From positions 7,298-71,297 of the IMG/VR virus record IMGVR_UViG_3300048088_000530: a DNA stretch of 64,000 bases; one strand, 5' to 3'. Numbering within the stretch: position 1 is the stretch's first letter; each line of letters begins with the position of its first letter. Below are positions 9,241 through 19,851 of this stretch, in pieces. Below the pieces are notes generated by a model. It had not been told where the DNA came from. It saw only the letters and a list, made by a program, of their open reading frames with translations, and ran no database searches. A program made the translations under genes and the position numbers. This DNA is from a virus.

Positions 9241-10782
9241 ATGCCACAGTCAGCACGACAACAAGACCAGAATGGATTCCTTCTCGTTAAGGGTTGCCCA
9301 ATCTCGTCTTTCGGCATCTTCCAGTACTCTGCTGCGCAAGTCGGCCTGAAAGAAGGCGACCCGAACCGCATCATCAACGTCTTTCGTCCTGAGTCAGCAG
9401 TTAGTGATCCTGAATTGCTCGCGTCGCTCCAAGAAGTGCCGCTGATCAACGATCACGAAATGCTCAGTGGTTTTCAGGGCGATGAAAGTGCTACCGCGCC
9501 TGAAGATTACGGCATCGACGGAGTGCTATTCAACGTTGGTTACGATTCACCGTGGACTCGCGGTGATCTGAAAGTCTTCACGCGGCAGATGCAAGCCGAT
9601 CTGAACAGCGGGAAGAAGGACTTATCACTTGGATATACGTGCGACTTCGAAATGCAAACCGGCGTATTCGACGGCGTGCCATTCGAAGTCGTACAGACCA
9701 ATATGCGCGGCAACCATATCGCGCTCGTTGACTCTGGACGCGTGCCGGGTGCAAAGGTTCTTGACGGTAAGAAGCTGTGCTTTGATCATTTGGATTTTTC
9801 AGTTGTGAACCCTCATGGAGAGAATATGAAACGCAAAGGCAAGGCTCTCGACAGCAGCGTGGTAGCGCAGCTGCAAGCCCAGCTGAAAGCGCTTCTGCCC
9901 ACCTTCGAGCAGTTCTTGAATGAGGAGGCCACCGAACCTGCTCATCAAGAAGGTGCCGCAGGGGCGGAAGGCGCTGCGGCTGGCACGGCCAATGCCGCTG
10001 CATCGGGTGAAACCGGTTCAGCGGCAACGGGCGCGGAAGGCGGCGGTATGGGCGCAGAAACCGGCACCGGCGAAGTCGCTGCTGAAGGTGCTGGCGGCGC
10101 GGCTGCTGGCGCTGAACAACCCACGGGCGAAGGTGCCGCTGCGGGTGCGGAAGGCGAAGAAGACGCTGGCGAAGCCGGTGCAGCTGGTGCCGAAGCCGGT
10201 GGTGAATCGGCTGGTGGCGCGGCTCAACTCATCAGCCAACTCGAAGCGATCCTGGCCCAGCTGAAGCAGGCAACGGGCGCTGCTGCTGGTGACGAAGGCG
10301 AGGCGGGCGGCGAAGCAGGCGAGGCCACCAATGCAGGAGAAGAACAAGCCAACGACACCGTTGAAGGACTTGAAGCCACGGCGCGCACTGGCGACGAAGG
10401 CGAAGCGGGCGCGACCGGCGAGCAAGGCAGCGCGTCGGCGGGTCCGGCAGCAGGAAAGCACGCAGGCCTTGACGCTGCGGTTCGTGCTGTCCATGCTGAC
10501 ATTGCTCTTAAGAATCGCCTCCATGACGGGCTGTCTAAGGTGGTTGGCGCATTTGACGGGGCCATGGATCTCGCATCTGCAACTGCTCGTGACGTCGCTG
10601 TTTACGGGGTGAAGAAGCTCAAGATCAAGTGCGCAGCTGGCCAGGAAACGGTCGCGCTGGATGCGTATCTAAATGGTCTTGCTTTGGCCCGTAAGACGAC
10701 CGAACAAAACCGTCAAACCAAACGTGCCGCCGATGCAGCCGCGAATGAAGTTCCGGCAATCGACGCATACTTCAAGGAGTAA
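9241..10782 (+). CDS. DUF2213 prohead protease/scaffold protein
   Basis: CPISSFGIFQY, VPLINDH, LSLGYTC, GNHIALVDSGR; acidic Gly/Ala/Glu-rich C-terminal half. Confidence 0.9.
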   Translation: MPQSARQQDQNGFLLVKGCPISSFGIFQYSAAQVGLKEGDPNRIINVFRPESAVSDPELLASLQEVPLINDHEMLSGFQGDESATAPEDYGIDGVLFNVGYDSPWTRGDLKVFTRQMQADLNSGKKDLSLGYTCDFEMQTGVFDGVPFEVVQTNMRGNHIALVDSGRVPGAKVLDGKKLCFDHLDFSVVNPHGENMKRKGKALDSSVVAQLQAQLKALLPTFEQFLNEEATEPAHQEGAAGAEGAAAGTANAAASGETGSAATGAEGGGMGAETGTGEVAAEGAGGAAAGAEQPTGEGAAAGAEGEEDAGEAGAAGAEAGGESAGGAAQLISQLEAILAQLKQATGAAAGDEGEAGGEAGEATNAGEEQANDTVEGLEATARTGDEGEAGATGEQGSASAGPAAGKHAGLDAAVRAVHADIALKNRLHDGLSKVVGAFDGAMDLASATARDVAVYGVKKLKIKCAAGQETVALDAYLNGLALARKTTEQNRQTKRAADAAANEVPAIDAYFKE

Positions 10783-10788
10783 ACAGCG

Positions 10789-11403
10789 ATGTTGCAAACC
10801 ACCGTACAACGCGCGTACACGACCGGCTTCGCTGGTCAACTGGTCAATGACGGCCCGCGTCGCGCCTTCCCCGCTCGTATCACGTCCGCTTCGGTCGGCA
10901 CCGATCCGGCTGCATCCACCAACCGCATGTCGCGTGCGTTCGGTTACAGCGGCGAAGTCGCTGCTACCGGCACCACGGTCGCGGCTCGCGAAATCACCGC
11001 TGCTGTGGGCGGCACGTCCTTCGCCGGTATCCTGGGCCATCCGCAGCACTATGCGTTGTATGGTTCGAACGGCAACGCGCTGACGCCGTCGATGGACCTG
11101 GCATACGGCGAGTTGGGCGAACTCTTCAACATGTTCACCGGCATGATCGTGGAACTGTTCAACGAAACGACCGCGACGAAGGCCGCAGCGTTCGATGATC
11201 AGGTGGCGTACGCGCCGAACAACATCACGGTCGCGAACAACGCCCAGGCGATTCCGTACGGTGGCTTGATCACCGTGCCGGCAGGCAGCGCTGCGCCGAC
11301 CGGGTTCATTCTGATTCCGAACGCCAAGCTGATCAACGCCTTCTCGTTGGGCGCATCGGCAGTCGGCGCACCGGTGTCGGGTCTGTCGATCATCCAGCTG
11401 TAA
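10789..11403 (+). CDS. Capsid decoration/cement protein
   Basis: GFAGQLVNDGPRRA motif; position between scaffold and major capsid gene. Confidence 0.75.
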   Translation: MLQTTVQRAYTTGFAGQLVNDGPRRAFPARITSASVGTDPAASTNRMSRAFGYSGEVAATGTTVAAREITAAVGGTSFAGILGHPQHYALYGSNGNALTPSMDLAYGELGELFNMFTGMIVELFNETTATKAAAFDDQVAYAPNNITVANNAQAIPYGGLITVPAGSAAPTGFILIPNAKLINAFSLGASAVGAPVSGLSIIQL

Positions 11404-11431
11404 TTCGCTAACATAAAGGAGCGAGAGAGTC

Positions 11432-12571
11432 ATGCAACTTTCCAAAACCCGCTCGTCCATCGCTCCGCGCAAAGTGCGCCCGTTGGCGATGGACAGCAAA
11501 GAAATCACCGTTGCAGCGGTGAATCAACTCGCGCAGAAGTTCGGTATCGTGTTCGATCACGCGACCGTGCTTCAGCAGGTCAAGCTGCTCAACGAGCAGA
11601 CTGGCGGCGGCGCGATGGACTCGGCGTTTGTCGCACCGGCCACGGTCGGTTCGCTGCCGACGCCGATCCAGTTCCTGCAGACCTGGCTGCCCGGTTTCAT
11701 CAAGGTGATGACCGCTGCCCGCAAGATTGACGACATCATCGGCGTCAAGACTGTCGGCAGCTGGGAAGACCAGGAAATCGTGCAGGGTATCGTGGAACCG
11801 GCTGCTACGGCGACGGAGTACGGCGACTTCACGAACATTCCGCTGGCGAACTGGAACACCAACTTCATCAAGCGGACCATCGTGCGCGGCGAACTCGGCA
11901 TGCAAGTCGGTCTGCTGGAAGAAGGCCGCAGCGCTGCAATGCGTCTGTCGTCGTCGGAAACGAAGCGCCAGGGCGCGGCTGTCGGTCTGGAGATTTTCCG
12001 CAATGCCATCGGCTTCTATGGCTGGAATGGCGGGAACAACCAAACCTACGGCTTCCTGAACGATCCGGTGCTGCCGGCGTTCATCGCGTCGTCGGTGGCG
12101 AGCGGCTGGAGCGGCGCAAACGGCACGTTCCAAGGCATCACCGGCGATCTGCGGATGGCCATCGTTCAGCTGCGCACGCAGTCGCAAGACCAGATCGACC
12201 CGGAAAAGGTCGATATGACGCTGGTGCTGCCGATGAACAAAATCGACTACCTGTCGGTGACCACCGATTACGGCGTGTCGGTTCGCGACTGGCTGACGCA
12301 GACTTACCCGAAGGTCCGCGTGGTCTCCGCGCCGGAACTCCAGGGTGCGAACGCTGGTGCTGACGTGTTCTATCTCTTCGCAGAAGAAATCGACTCGTCC
12401 ATCGACGGATCGACGGACGGCGGCGAAACCTTCGTGCAGCTGATTCAAACGAAGTTCGTGACGCTGGGCGTTGAAAAGCGCGCAAAAAGTTATGTGGAAG
12501 ATTATTCCAACGGGACTGCCGGCACGCTTTGCAAACGCCCATGGGCTGTCGTACGTGTGACCGGCATCTAA
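11432..12571 (+). CDS. Major capsid protein (DUF2184 family)
   Basis: [53 protein letters not shown]; strong RBS. Confidence 0.93.
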   Translation: MQLSKTRSSIAPRKVRPLAMDSKEITVAAVNQLAQKFGIVFDHATVLQQVKLLNEQTGGGAMDSAFVAPATVGSLPTPIQFLQTWLPGFIKVMTAARKIDDIIGVKTVGSWEDQEIVQGIVEPAATATEYGDFTNIPLANWNTNFIKRTIVRGELGMQVGLLEEGRSAAMRLSSSETKRQGAAVGLEIFRNAIGFYGWNGGNNQTYGFLNDPVLPAFIASSVASGWSGANGTFQGITGDLRMAIVQLRTQSQDQIDPEKVDMTLVLPMNKIDYLSVTTDYGVSVRDWLTQTYPKVRVVSAPELQGANAGADVFYLFAEEIDSSIDGSTDGGETFVQLIQTKFVTLGVEKRAKSYVEDYSNGTAGTLCKRPWAVVRVTGI

Positions 12572-12593
12572 TCGGCGCGAGTCGATAGGGCAA

Positions 12594-12622
12594 GGGCTGG
12601 GCGGAAACGTCCAGCCCATTTT
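12594..12622 (+). terminator. Intrinsic terminator after major capsid gene
   Basis: GGGCTGGGCG-GAAA-CGTCCAGCCC-ATTTT. Confidence 0.8.
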
Positions 12623-12681
12623 AACATCGATGGAATAGGCTTCAGGGGCCAACCTCCACGTAACTACAAGGACTGAATAAA

Positions 12682-13146
12682 ATGAGCGACGTATACATTG
12701 TTTCCACCATGAGCGAATCGGTTTCCTATCGCACTTATTCGTTCATCGGCAATGCGCACGAAACGAAGAACCAAAGTCTTCTGCCCGTGCCGCACCCGGA
12801 CCCGGTCATCATTCGCGGCGGCGCGAACAAGCCTTCCCTCAAGGGCGGCTTCGGTGACGCCAACGAAGACATCAACGGCAATATCCTTTGGACGCCGAAG
12901 GGTGTTGTGACGAAGCTGAGCGATGAAGATTACGGGCGTGTCAAAGACCACTGGCTGTTCCAGAAGCACTTGAAGGGCGGCTATTTGTCGGTCCTGGAAC
13001 GTGACGTCAGCGGCAACCACAAGGCCGTTTCTCGCGTCGCGTCGGACATGACCGAACAAGACCCCAGCAAGCAGCTGACGAAGGAAACCGTGGCCCAGAA
13101 AATCAAGGTCAAGGTTCCGTCGAAAGAACTTTCTTCGCAGAGCTAA
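12682..13146 (+). CDS. Virion morphogenesis protein (hypothetical)
   Basis: VYIVSTMS...IIRGGAN...TPKGVVT; position after major capsid gene. Confidence 0.7.
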   Translation: MSDVYIVSTMSESVSYRTYSFIGNAHETKNQSLLPVPHPDPVIIRGGANKPSLKGGFGDANEDINGNILWTPKGVVTKLSDEDYGRVKDHWLFQKHLKGGYLSVLERDVSGNHKAVSRVASDMTEQDPSKQLTKETVAQKIKVKVPSKELSSQS

Positions 13147-13152
13147 GCGATC

Positions 13153-13614
13153 ATGCCAGCATACAACGACAATGCCTTCAGGACGCTGTTCACGGTCTTC
13201 TCCGATGACACGGCGTATCCGACTGCCACCCTCTCGATGTACTGGGACGTTGGTTCGGACTACATCAGCACGAATGACAATCCGTGCAACAACCTGAATG
13301 GCAAGTCGTTGCAGCTGGCGCTCGATTTGATGTGCGCTCACATCACGACGCTCTTCACGCAGGACGCACAAAACGCCGAAGATGGCGGCGGTACTGGCCA
13401 AGCAGGCGGTATTGAAACATCAGCGAGCGTTGGTGCTGTGAGCGTATCAACCTTGCCGCCACCGGTTGGCGATGCATGGGAATACTGGTTGAACCAGACG
13501 CAATACGGAAAGCAGCTGCTCGCGCTTCTGCAGGTGAAGGCGGTCGGCGGATTCTATGTTGGCGGTCTGCCGGAACGTCACGGCTTCAGGAAGTTTGGAG
13601 GCACGTTCGGATGA
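13153..13614 (+). CDS. Head-tail adaptor (DUF4054)
   Basis: FRTLFTVF, LMCAHI, SASVGAVSVS, WLNQTQYGKQL. Confidence 0.85.
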   Translation: MPAYNDNAFRTLFTVFSDDTAYPTATLSMYWDVGSDYISTNDNPCNNLNGKSLQLALDLMCAHITTLFTQDAQNAEDGGGTGQAGGIETSASVGAVSVSTLPPPVGDAWEYWLNQTQYGKQLLALLQVKAVGGFYVGGLPERHGFRKFGGTFG

Positions 13615-13997
13615 CCACACCCGGCTCCAACCTGCTTCGTCGCGCGTCGCGGCTGATCAAGTTCCAAGAGGTACAGTACTACAGCGCGGCTGAGCGCGTG
13701 CTCAACGCCGCTCGCCAGTGGGTGCCTGGGTTCGGTACGGCGACGCCGCTGAAGGCCAGCGTACAGGCCGTCAACCGGTCCAGCTACGCCGAAATGGGCC
13801 TGAACTTTAACAGCTTCTATGTTCAGGTCTACGCGATGCTGAACATGGTCGATCTTCAGCGCGATTCGAGCGGCGACCGGTTCATTTACAACGGCGACCT
13901 TTACCAAATGGAGAACGGCCAAAGCTGGTTTGAGCAGGACGGTTGGGCAACGTGCTTGGCCGTTCGGATTAAAACTGGCGCTACTGGCCCGGATTAA
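13611..13997 (+). CDS. Head closure/neck protein
   Basis: MTTPGSNLL...SVQAV...GDRFIYNG...WFEQDGW; ATGA overlap. Confidence 0.75.
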   Translation: MTTPGSNLLRRASRLIKFQEVQYYSAAERVLNAARQWVPGFGTATPLKASVQAVNRSSYAEMGLNFNSFYVQVYAMLNMVDLQRDSSGDRFIYNGDLYQMENGQSWFEQDGWATCLAVRIKTGATGPD

Positions 13998-14000
13998 CGC

Positions 14001-14567
14001 ATGCTGGATAACGCCCTTATCAACCTGTTCGCGACCCAGCTGGAAGCCGCTAGTGCAGCCGCTGGGTGGAATTACATCGTGCTGCAGAAGAGCCAGCCGA
14101 CGCAAGAAGGGATTCCGACCGCGCCAACGATCTTTTTCGAGAAGCTGTTTGATCATTCGTATGGGTGGCCCGAAGTAACGTATTCGGACTATAACCCTGA
14201 GACAAACATGTTCACGCAGACGGAAACTCAATGGACTGAGACGACATTCCAAGTGTCCGCGATGGTCATTCAAGACCCCAGTAACCTGAGCCTTCCGACA
14301 GCATCCGATGTAGTAAACTACATGAAATTATTCACTAATAGTCGCGGCACCATCGCGCGGCTTAAGGCCCAAGGCGTCAGCGCTTTGCGCATCAGTGAGC
14401 TTAGGAATCCTTACTACCGTGATGAGCGTCACGTGTTCGAAGGCAATCCGAATTTCGATGTAGTGCTGCAGCATCAGAGGATGATCCAGACGCAAATCGG
14501 CGCGACAAACGTGGTGGTGCCGGGAGTTGTCGAAGGAATTGAAAGCGAAGGAACGTTTCCAGTTTAG
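14001..14567 (+). CDS. Tail terminator/neck protein
   Basis: QPTQEG, ETTFQVSA, NPYYRDE..FEGNPNFDVVL. Confidence 0.75.
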   Translation: MLDNALINLFATQLEAASAAAGWNYIVLQKSQPTQEGIPTAPTIFFEKLFDHSYGWPEVTYSDYNPETNMFTQTETQWTETTFQVSAMVIQDPSNLSLPTASDVVNYMKLFTNSRGTIARLKAQGVSALRISELRNPYYRDERHVFEGNPNFDVVLQHQRMIQTQIGATNVVVPGVVEGIESEGTFPV

Positions 14568-14574
14568 GTGAGTT

Positions 14575-15063
14575 ATGGCGAAAGGTCCGAACATGATTGA
14601 GCGCCACATCGCGGCGCTGAAGCAACTCAAGGGCCAATCGGTGGAAGCCGGTTGGTTTGAGTCTGCACGCTATAAGGCTGGCAAGAACATACCTGACAAG
14701 CAGGTCGGCACGTCCATTTCCTACGTTATGCGCGTGCAGGAATTCGGCGCGACCATCAAGCGCGGAAACGTCACCATCATCATCCCAGCGCGTCCTTTCA
14801 TGCGACTCGCGTACCAAAATTTTCTGAAGCAGCGTAAGGCTATTCAGACCAAGATCGCCAAGCAGTTAGTCCGTGGCGAAATAAAGCCTGAACAAGCACT
14901 GGGCCAAATCGGTCTGGCGCTGGAGGCTTGCATCGTCAAGAGCATCAAGAACGGTGGCTGGGAAGGCAATGCCGCTTCGACCATCGCAAAGAAAGGGTTT
15001 GATAAGCCGCTCATCGACTCTGCCCAGGCGTGGCAGGCCGTCGCAAGCAAAGTTAATCCATAA
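14575..15063 (+). CDS. Tail completion protein (HK97 gp10-like)
   Basis: QEFG...IPARPFMR...NAASTIAKKGFDKPLIDS. Confidence 0.8.
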   Translation: MAKGPNMIERHIAALKQLKGQSVEAGWFESARYKAGKNIPDKQVGTSISYVMRVQEFGATIKRGNVTIIIPARPFMRLAYQNFLKQRKAIQTKIAKQLVRGEIKPEQALGQIGLALEACIVKSIKNGGWEGNAASTIAKKGFDKPLIDSAQAWQAVASKVNP

Positions 15064-15075
15064 GGAGTCACTAAC

Positions 15076-16596
15076 GTGATCAGCATGTCCCGTTATATCA
15101 GTATCGTTTCCGGCGTGGGTGCTGGCGCGGCAGTAGCTCAGCGTCAACTCATCATGCGCGCGGTTACGCAAAACAGCGTCCTGCCGCCTGGCTTGGTCGC
15201 CCAATTCGCGAATGCAACGGCGGTCGGAGCGTACTTCGGCACCACGTCTGAAGAGTATTACCGTGCTGTGGCGTACTTCGCATTCATCAGCAAAAACATC
15301 AACTCGCCGCAGCTGATGAGCTTTTCGCGTTGGGTTGGCGCGGCCATCGCTCCGATGATCGTTGGCGACTCCATCGCGAAGGTTCTGGCATCGTTCGTCG
15401 CGCAAACGAACGGTACGCTGACCGTCAATGATGGCGCGACGCCGGTGCTGGTGACTGGCCTGAACTTCTCGACGGCGACGACGCTCACGCAAGTGGCTTC
15501 GATCCTGCAGACGGCTCTCCGCGCCACCGCCGATGCTCAGCTTACCACGTGCACGGTTTCGTTCAACACGAACACGAACCAGTTCGTGTTGACTGGCTCG
15601 AACACCGGTACAGGCTCCCTTTCGGCCACTCCTACGGCGCTGTCCACGGACGTGAGCGCGCTACTGGGTTGGACTACGGGCGGCACGGTTCTCGTCGCGG
15701 GCCAAACGGCGGACACGCCTGACCAGGCCGTTGCGAAGTCGGCAGCGATCAGCGACAACTTCGGTTCGTTCATCTACTGCACGCCGTCCACGCCGCTGTC
15801 CAATTCGGATATCGCGCTGATTGCCGCTTGGACGGACGGTCAGAACAACAAGTTCATGTACTCGCTGGCCACGCCGCTCGCAAACCTGCAGACGCTCTAT
15901 GCGCTGATCAAGGGCTACAGCGGCGTTGCAATCAACCTGCTCTCCACGACGCAGGCCAACGATTACATCGAGCAATCGCCGTGCGAGATTCTGGCTGCAA
16001 CGAACTACAATGCAGCTGCCGCGTCCCAGAACTACATGTTCTATCAGTTCGCGAATCGCAACACGACGGTGAGCGACGATACCACGGCCAACACCGTGGA
16101 CGCATCACGCGGCAACTATATCGGCGTGACGCAATCGGCGGGCCAGCAACTCGCGTTCTATCAGCGCGGCGTGCTCTGCGGCGGTTCGCAGGCGGCGGTG
16201 GACATGAACACGTTCGCGAACGAAATGTGGATGAAGTCGTCATTCACGGCCAACTTCATGTCTCTGTTCCTGAACGTGCCGGAAGTGCCTGCCGATCCGA
16301 CTGGCGCGGCGATGATCCTGGGCGTGATGCAGCCGACGATCACTTTGGCGAAGGCCAATGGCGTTATCTCCGCAGGCAAGACGCTCACGGCGGTGCAGCA
16401 GCAGTACATCACGAGCATCACCGGCGATCCGAACGCGTGGCGTCAAGTGCAGACGTTGGGCTACTGGCTGCAGATCACCTTTACTTCGCAAGTCAACACG
16501 AATAGTGGGCTTACGGAGTGGGTGGCCCACTACCTCTTCGTGTATTCGAAGTCCGACGCAATCCGCTCCGTCCAAGGCAGCGACGTCATGATCTAA
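15076..16596 (+). CDS. Tail sheath protein (DUF3383)
   Basis: VGAYFGTTSEEY, ILAATNY, FYQRG, NEMWMK, YSKSDAIRSVQGSDVMI. Confidence 0.9.
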   Translation: MISMSRYISIVSGVGAGAAVAQRQLIMRAVTQNSVLPPGLVAQFANATAVGAYFGTTSEEYYRAVAYFAFISKNINSPQLMSFSRWVGAAIAPMIVGDSIAKVLASFVAQTNGTLTVNDGATPVLVTGLNFSTATTLTQVASILQTALRATADAQLTTCTVSFNTNTNQFVLTGSNTGTGSLSATPTALSTDVSALLGWTTGGTVLVAGQTADTPDQAVAKSAAISDNFGSFIYCTPSTPLSNSDIALIAAWTDGQNNKFMYSLATPLANLQTLYALIKGYSGVAINLLSTTQANDYIEQSPCEILAATNYNAAAASQNYMFYQFANRNTTVSDDTTANTVDASRGNYIGVTQSAGQQLAFYQRGVLCGGSQAAVDMNTFANEMWMKSSFTANFMSLFLNVPEVPADPTGAAMILGVMQPTITLAKANGVISAGKTLTAVQQQYITSITGDPNAWRQVQTLGYWLQITFTSQVNTNSGLTEWVAHYLFVYSKSDAIRSVQGSDVMI

Positions 16597-16675
16597 TGCT
16601 GCGCGCGGCTGGTTTCCTGAGTGAATAGGACATCAGCCGCGCCAGTATAATCAAGACACTTTCTGGAGTCCTTAA

Positions 16676-17131
16676 ATGGAAGATATTAGCGTATTTGGCT
16701 TGTCGGCAAACTTGACGGCAGACACCACGTTTCCGAATGGTCTGACGATCAACGCATTTGCTGACGACGCCGACCCGCTCGACTCGCCTGACATTGATCT
16801 GGCGGATATGGCGATGGGTCCGAACGGCGATACCGTCACGTGGACGCGTCCGCAGTTGATCGAGATTTCCATCAACGTCATTCCGCAGTCGAAGGATGAC
16901 GTGAACCTGACCTGCCTGCAGGACGCGAACCGCGTGGCCAAGGGCAAGTCGTCGGCCATGGACGAAATCACGATGATCTTCACCTATCCGAACGGCATGG
17001 TTGTTACGTGCTCCGAAGGAAAGATGGTCACCGCGAACGTTGTGCAGTCCGGTTCTTCGGCTGGCCGCGCGAAGTCGAAGCGCTATGCGTTCCGCTTCTC
17101 GCAAGTTTCGCGCCAAGCAGCAACGAGCTAA
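16676..17131 (+). CDS. Tail tube protein
   Basis: TFPNG..I..FADDADPLD..MGPNGD; follows sheath. Confidence 0.8.
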   Translation: MEDISVFGLSANLTADTTFPNGLTINAFADDADPLDSPDIDLADMAMGPNGDTVTWTRPQLIEISINVIPQSKDDVNLTCLQDANRVAKGKSSAMDEITMIFTYPNGMVVTCSEGKMVTANVVQSGSSAGRAKSKRYAFRFSQVSRQAATS

Positions 17132-17137
17132 GCGCCC

Positions 17138-17464
17138 ATGCTGGCCATCCCGCTGTCGCAAGTCGCTAACCAGTCCGTTTCCTTCAATGCGGATGGCGTA
17201 CTGTGGACAATTCACGTCTATCAGGCAGTCAATCACATGGTCGCGGATATCTCCAAGAACGGCGTAAAGGTCGTCGATGGGGTGCGCTGCTTCGGCGGGA
17301 TTCCACTCATGCAGTACAGCTACATGTACTCACCGAACCTTGGCAACTTCTGCTTCGATTCTGATGCTGACTGGACCATGTTCGGCGGCTCGTGCAATCT
17401 GTACTACATGGAGCAGGATGAGTTGGTCATCTTCCTTGCCGCGCTTCAAGAAGGGGTCATTTAA
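17138..17464 (+). CDS. Baseplate protein
   Basis: IPL..VANQSVSF...GNFCF; typical small baseplate protein. Confidence 0.65.
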   Translation: MLAIPLSQVANQSVSFNADGVLWTIHVYQAVNHMVADISKNGVKVVDGVRCFGGIPLMQYSYMYSPNLGNFCFDSDADWTMFGGSCNLYYMEQDELVIFLAALQEGVI

Positions 17465-17847
17465 TGGCCACGCTGACGTTCCAATGCAACGAGAACAACG
17501 ACCTGTATCTGCCTGACGGTCGCAATTTGGCGCTTATTTCTGGTGCTCCCGCGTGCGCGCAGAACTTGACGCAGAAGGCGTCGATGCGACTTGGAGAGAA
17601 CCAGTATAACACCGCAGACGGCGTGGATTACTTCGGCACGATATTCACGCCGCAACCCGATTACGACGCGGCTCGCGCTTCGCTTTCGAAGAACCTGCTG
17701 GAAGTGCCTGACGTCAACAGCATCGAAACGTTGACTATCACGATCAGCGGCGACGTGTTCTCATACGAAGCAGACCTGCACACGACTTACGGACCCGTCA
17801 GCATCCAGGACGAAACGAATTTGAACGCTACATTCATCACAGGATAA
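17464..17847 (+). CDS. Baseplate wedge/sheath initiator (gp25-like)
   Basis: NNDLYL..GE..YN..GVDYF..VPDVNSI..T.YG. Confidence 0.7.
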   Translation: MATLTFQCNENNDLYLPDGRNLALISGAPACAQNLTQKASMRLGENQYNTADGVDYFGTIFTPQPDYDAARASLSKNLLEVPDVNSIETLTITISGDVFSYEADLHTTYGPVSIQDETNLNATFITG

Positions 17848-17851
17848 AGCG

Positions 17852-18088
17852 ATGCCCGCACAACAAGTCTCCCACGGCGTTATCACGATCAGCGCGCCGA
17901 AGCCAGAACTGCCCACGGCAGACTCGGTGGCCGCTGCTTTGCCGCAGACGGCGATGATCAGCGCCAGCGCGCCTCCACCGCCTGTGGTTATTCACAAGAC
18001 GGTCGCGGACGTGCAAGCTGAGGCCAAAGAAATCGCGGCTGCAGCTGAGCAACTCATCACGGACGCGGCGAACGCTTCGGCAACGTAA
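17852..18088 (+). CDS. Ala/Pro-rich hypothetical protein
   Basis: 78-aa ORF filling an operon gap. Confidence 0.5.
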   Translation: MPAQQVSHGVITISAPKPELPTADSVAAALPQTAMISASAPPPPVVIHKTVADVQAEAKEIAAAAEQLITDAANASAT

Positions 18089-18100
18089 TTCGGACTGCTA

Positions 18101-18598
18101 ATGATCGACATCAGCGCATTTGGAACCGGCATCACCATCGTAAGCACAGCCAGCTTTCCGGTGGGGTTCCAAATCACGTCTTTTTCGGATGACGAAGACC
18201 CGCTGACCATCGACCAGTGCGACGTTTCCGGCTTCGAGAAATTGTATGACGGAAGCATTTTCACGTTTGACAAAACGTCACCGGTACTGGTCTCAGTTGG
18301 CGTAATGCCGAATACCGATGACGACATCAACCTGAAGATTTTGCTGCAGGCGCGGAAGAGTTCTGTGTCGCTCCTTCCTCTGCCGGACACGACGACTATG
18401 ATCATCGTCTATCCTGATGGTGGCCGCGTCGCACTAAGCAACGGTTTGATGCTTTCCGGTCCCATTGCCGACTCTATCACGTCATCTGGCCGTAAGAAGG
18501 GCAACGTGTACCATTTCGTCTTTGGGTCGTTTGACGGTGCCCAGAGCTTCAAGGAACTTGCCGCAGGCGTGGCGCGCGTGGCTCTATCGCTGTTATAA
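18101..18598 (+). CDS. Tail tube paralog
   Basis: DISAFG...SFPVG..ITSFSDDEDPL aligns by eye with 16676-17131. Confidence 0.75.
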   Translation: MIDISAFGTGITIVSTASFPVGFQITSFSDDEDPLTIDQCDVSGFEKLYDGSIFTFDKTSPVLVSVGVMPNTDDDINLKILLQARKSSVSLLPLPDTTTMIIVYPDGGRVALSNGLMLSGPIADSITSSGRKKGNVYHFVFGSFDGAQSFKELAAGVARVALSLL

Positions 18599-18602
18599 GA
18601 CT

Positions 18603-19211
18603 ATGGCAGCCAGCATCCTATCCAGCCTGCTGTCCAAGCCCGCTCTGTCCATCGTGAGCAGCCAGACCGGCATCGACATAGCATCCAGCCTCAAGGTGGT
18701 CCGCGTCCGCTTTCGGTATCGCTCGCGGACGCTTCGCCACATGCGCGAAGACGGAACCAGCATCGTTGACCAGCGCGTGATTCTCGCGACGGTCGTGGAA
18801 CTTGAAGTATTTTGCTCGACCCAGAACGATCTGGCGGCAGTCAACTCTGCGATGCTTGACCGGACAGGAGTTTACACCATCACGTCGAAAGGCTTGATTG
18901 TGAAGAACATGATGTCCGAAGAGAACCAGATCAAGCAGACGCCGGAAGTGATCAGCGCCAATCCGGTTCGTATCTCGTTCAAGCAGTTGTTGACGCAAGG
19001 CGGAACCAATCCGGCATCGGTGGAGCAGGCAGCAGACTCGTCGCTGCTCGACAAGGGAATCCAGCAGCTGCAAACGGCGGCGATCAGCGCGGAAACGTTC
19101 ACAAGCAATGTGGTCGCCAATTTCACGGGCGCGGCTGCAGCAGCGACCAAGTTGGGTCCGACTTTCTTCTTGGATACCAGTCGTTTGGGCGGCACAGGGA
19201 CGATAGGCTGA
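18603..19211 (+). CDS. Baseplate/tube initiator-like protein (paralog 1)
   Basis: HMREDGTSIVDQRV; N-terminal SILSSLLSKP shared with next gene. Confidence 0.65.
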   Translation: MAASILSSLLSKPALSIVSSQTGIDIASSLKVVRVRFRYRSRTLRHMREDGTSIVDQRVILATVVELEVFCSTQNDLAAVNSAMLDRTGVYTITSKGLIVKNMMSEENQIKQTPEVISANPVRISFKQLLTQGGTNPASVEQAADSSLLDKGIQQLQTAAISAETFTSNVVANFTGAAAAATKLGPTFFLDTSRLGGTGTIG

Positions 19212-19212
19212 T

Positions 19213-19851
19213 ATGGCACAATCCATCCTTTCTACGCTGCTGAGCAAGCCGCAGTTTGTGGCGACGAACGAGAACAACGGCACGACGATCTGGAGCAAGC
19301 TGGGAATTGTTGACGTTGAAGTTTCGAGCGACAGCGCCAACACCGATATGCCGATATCGAATCAGCAGGTTTCGGATCAACAGACATATCAGTCGATTCT
19401 AGCGACAGACCTGCAATCTGTGAAGATTATGCAGCCTTCTCGCCTGCGAGTTACGGCACTCTGCTCAGACATTTCGACACAGGAAAACGTCATATCGACG
19501 TTCCTGGACAACACCGTTACAATATCGGTTAACACCAAATCCATCATCACGTCCTATCTCGTTTTAACGGACGTGGACATAGAACAGAGCGGCGAAATGA
19601 TATCAGCCGCGCGCATCACATTGATTTTTGAGCAGGCTCAGGCACCGGCGAATTCAGGCTATGCGCCAGAGCAGTCGGCAGACAGTTCGGTGTACGGAGT
19701 AAGCATCCAGACGCCGCCAACGGTCGTGCCACTTGCAACGCTCGTCCAGGCAGTCAAAAACGCGGCCTTCATCCCGCAAGTTCCGGCCAATGGCGCAGTC
19801 CTTGGTTCTCTTGGTGAGCCTTTCATCCTTGACTCTAGCAGGGTATCATGA
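19213..19851 (+). CDS. Baseplate/tube initiator-like protein (paralog 2)
   Basis: SILSTLLSKP, EQSADSS shared with previous gene. Confidence 0.65.
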   Translation: MAQSILSTLLSKPQFVATNENNGTTIWSKLGIVDVEVSSDSANTDMPISNQQVSDQQTYQSILATDLQSVKIMQPSRLRVTALCSDISTQENVISTFLDNTVTISVNTKSIITSYLVLTDVDIEQSGEMISAARITLIFEQAQAPANSGYAPEQSADSSVYGVSIQTPPTVVPLATLVQAVKNAAFIPQVPANGAVLGSLGEPFILDSSRVS

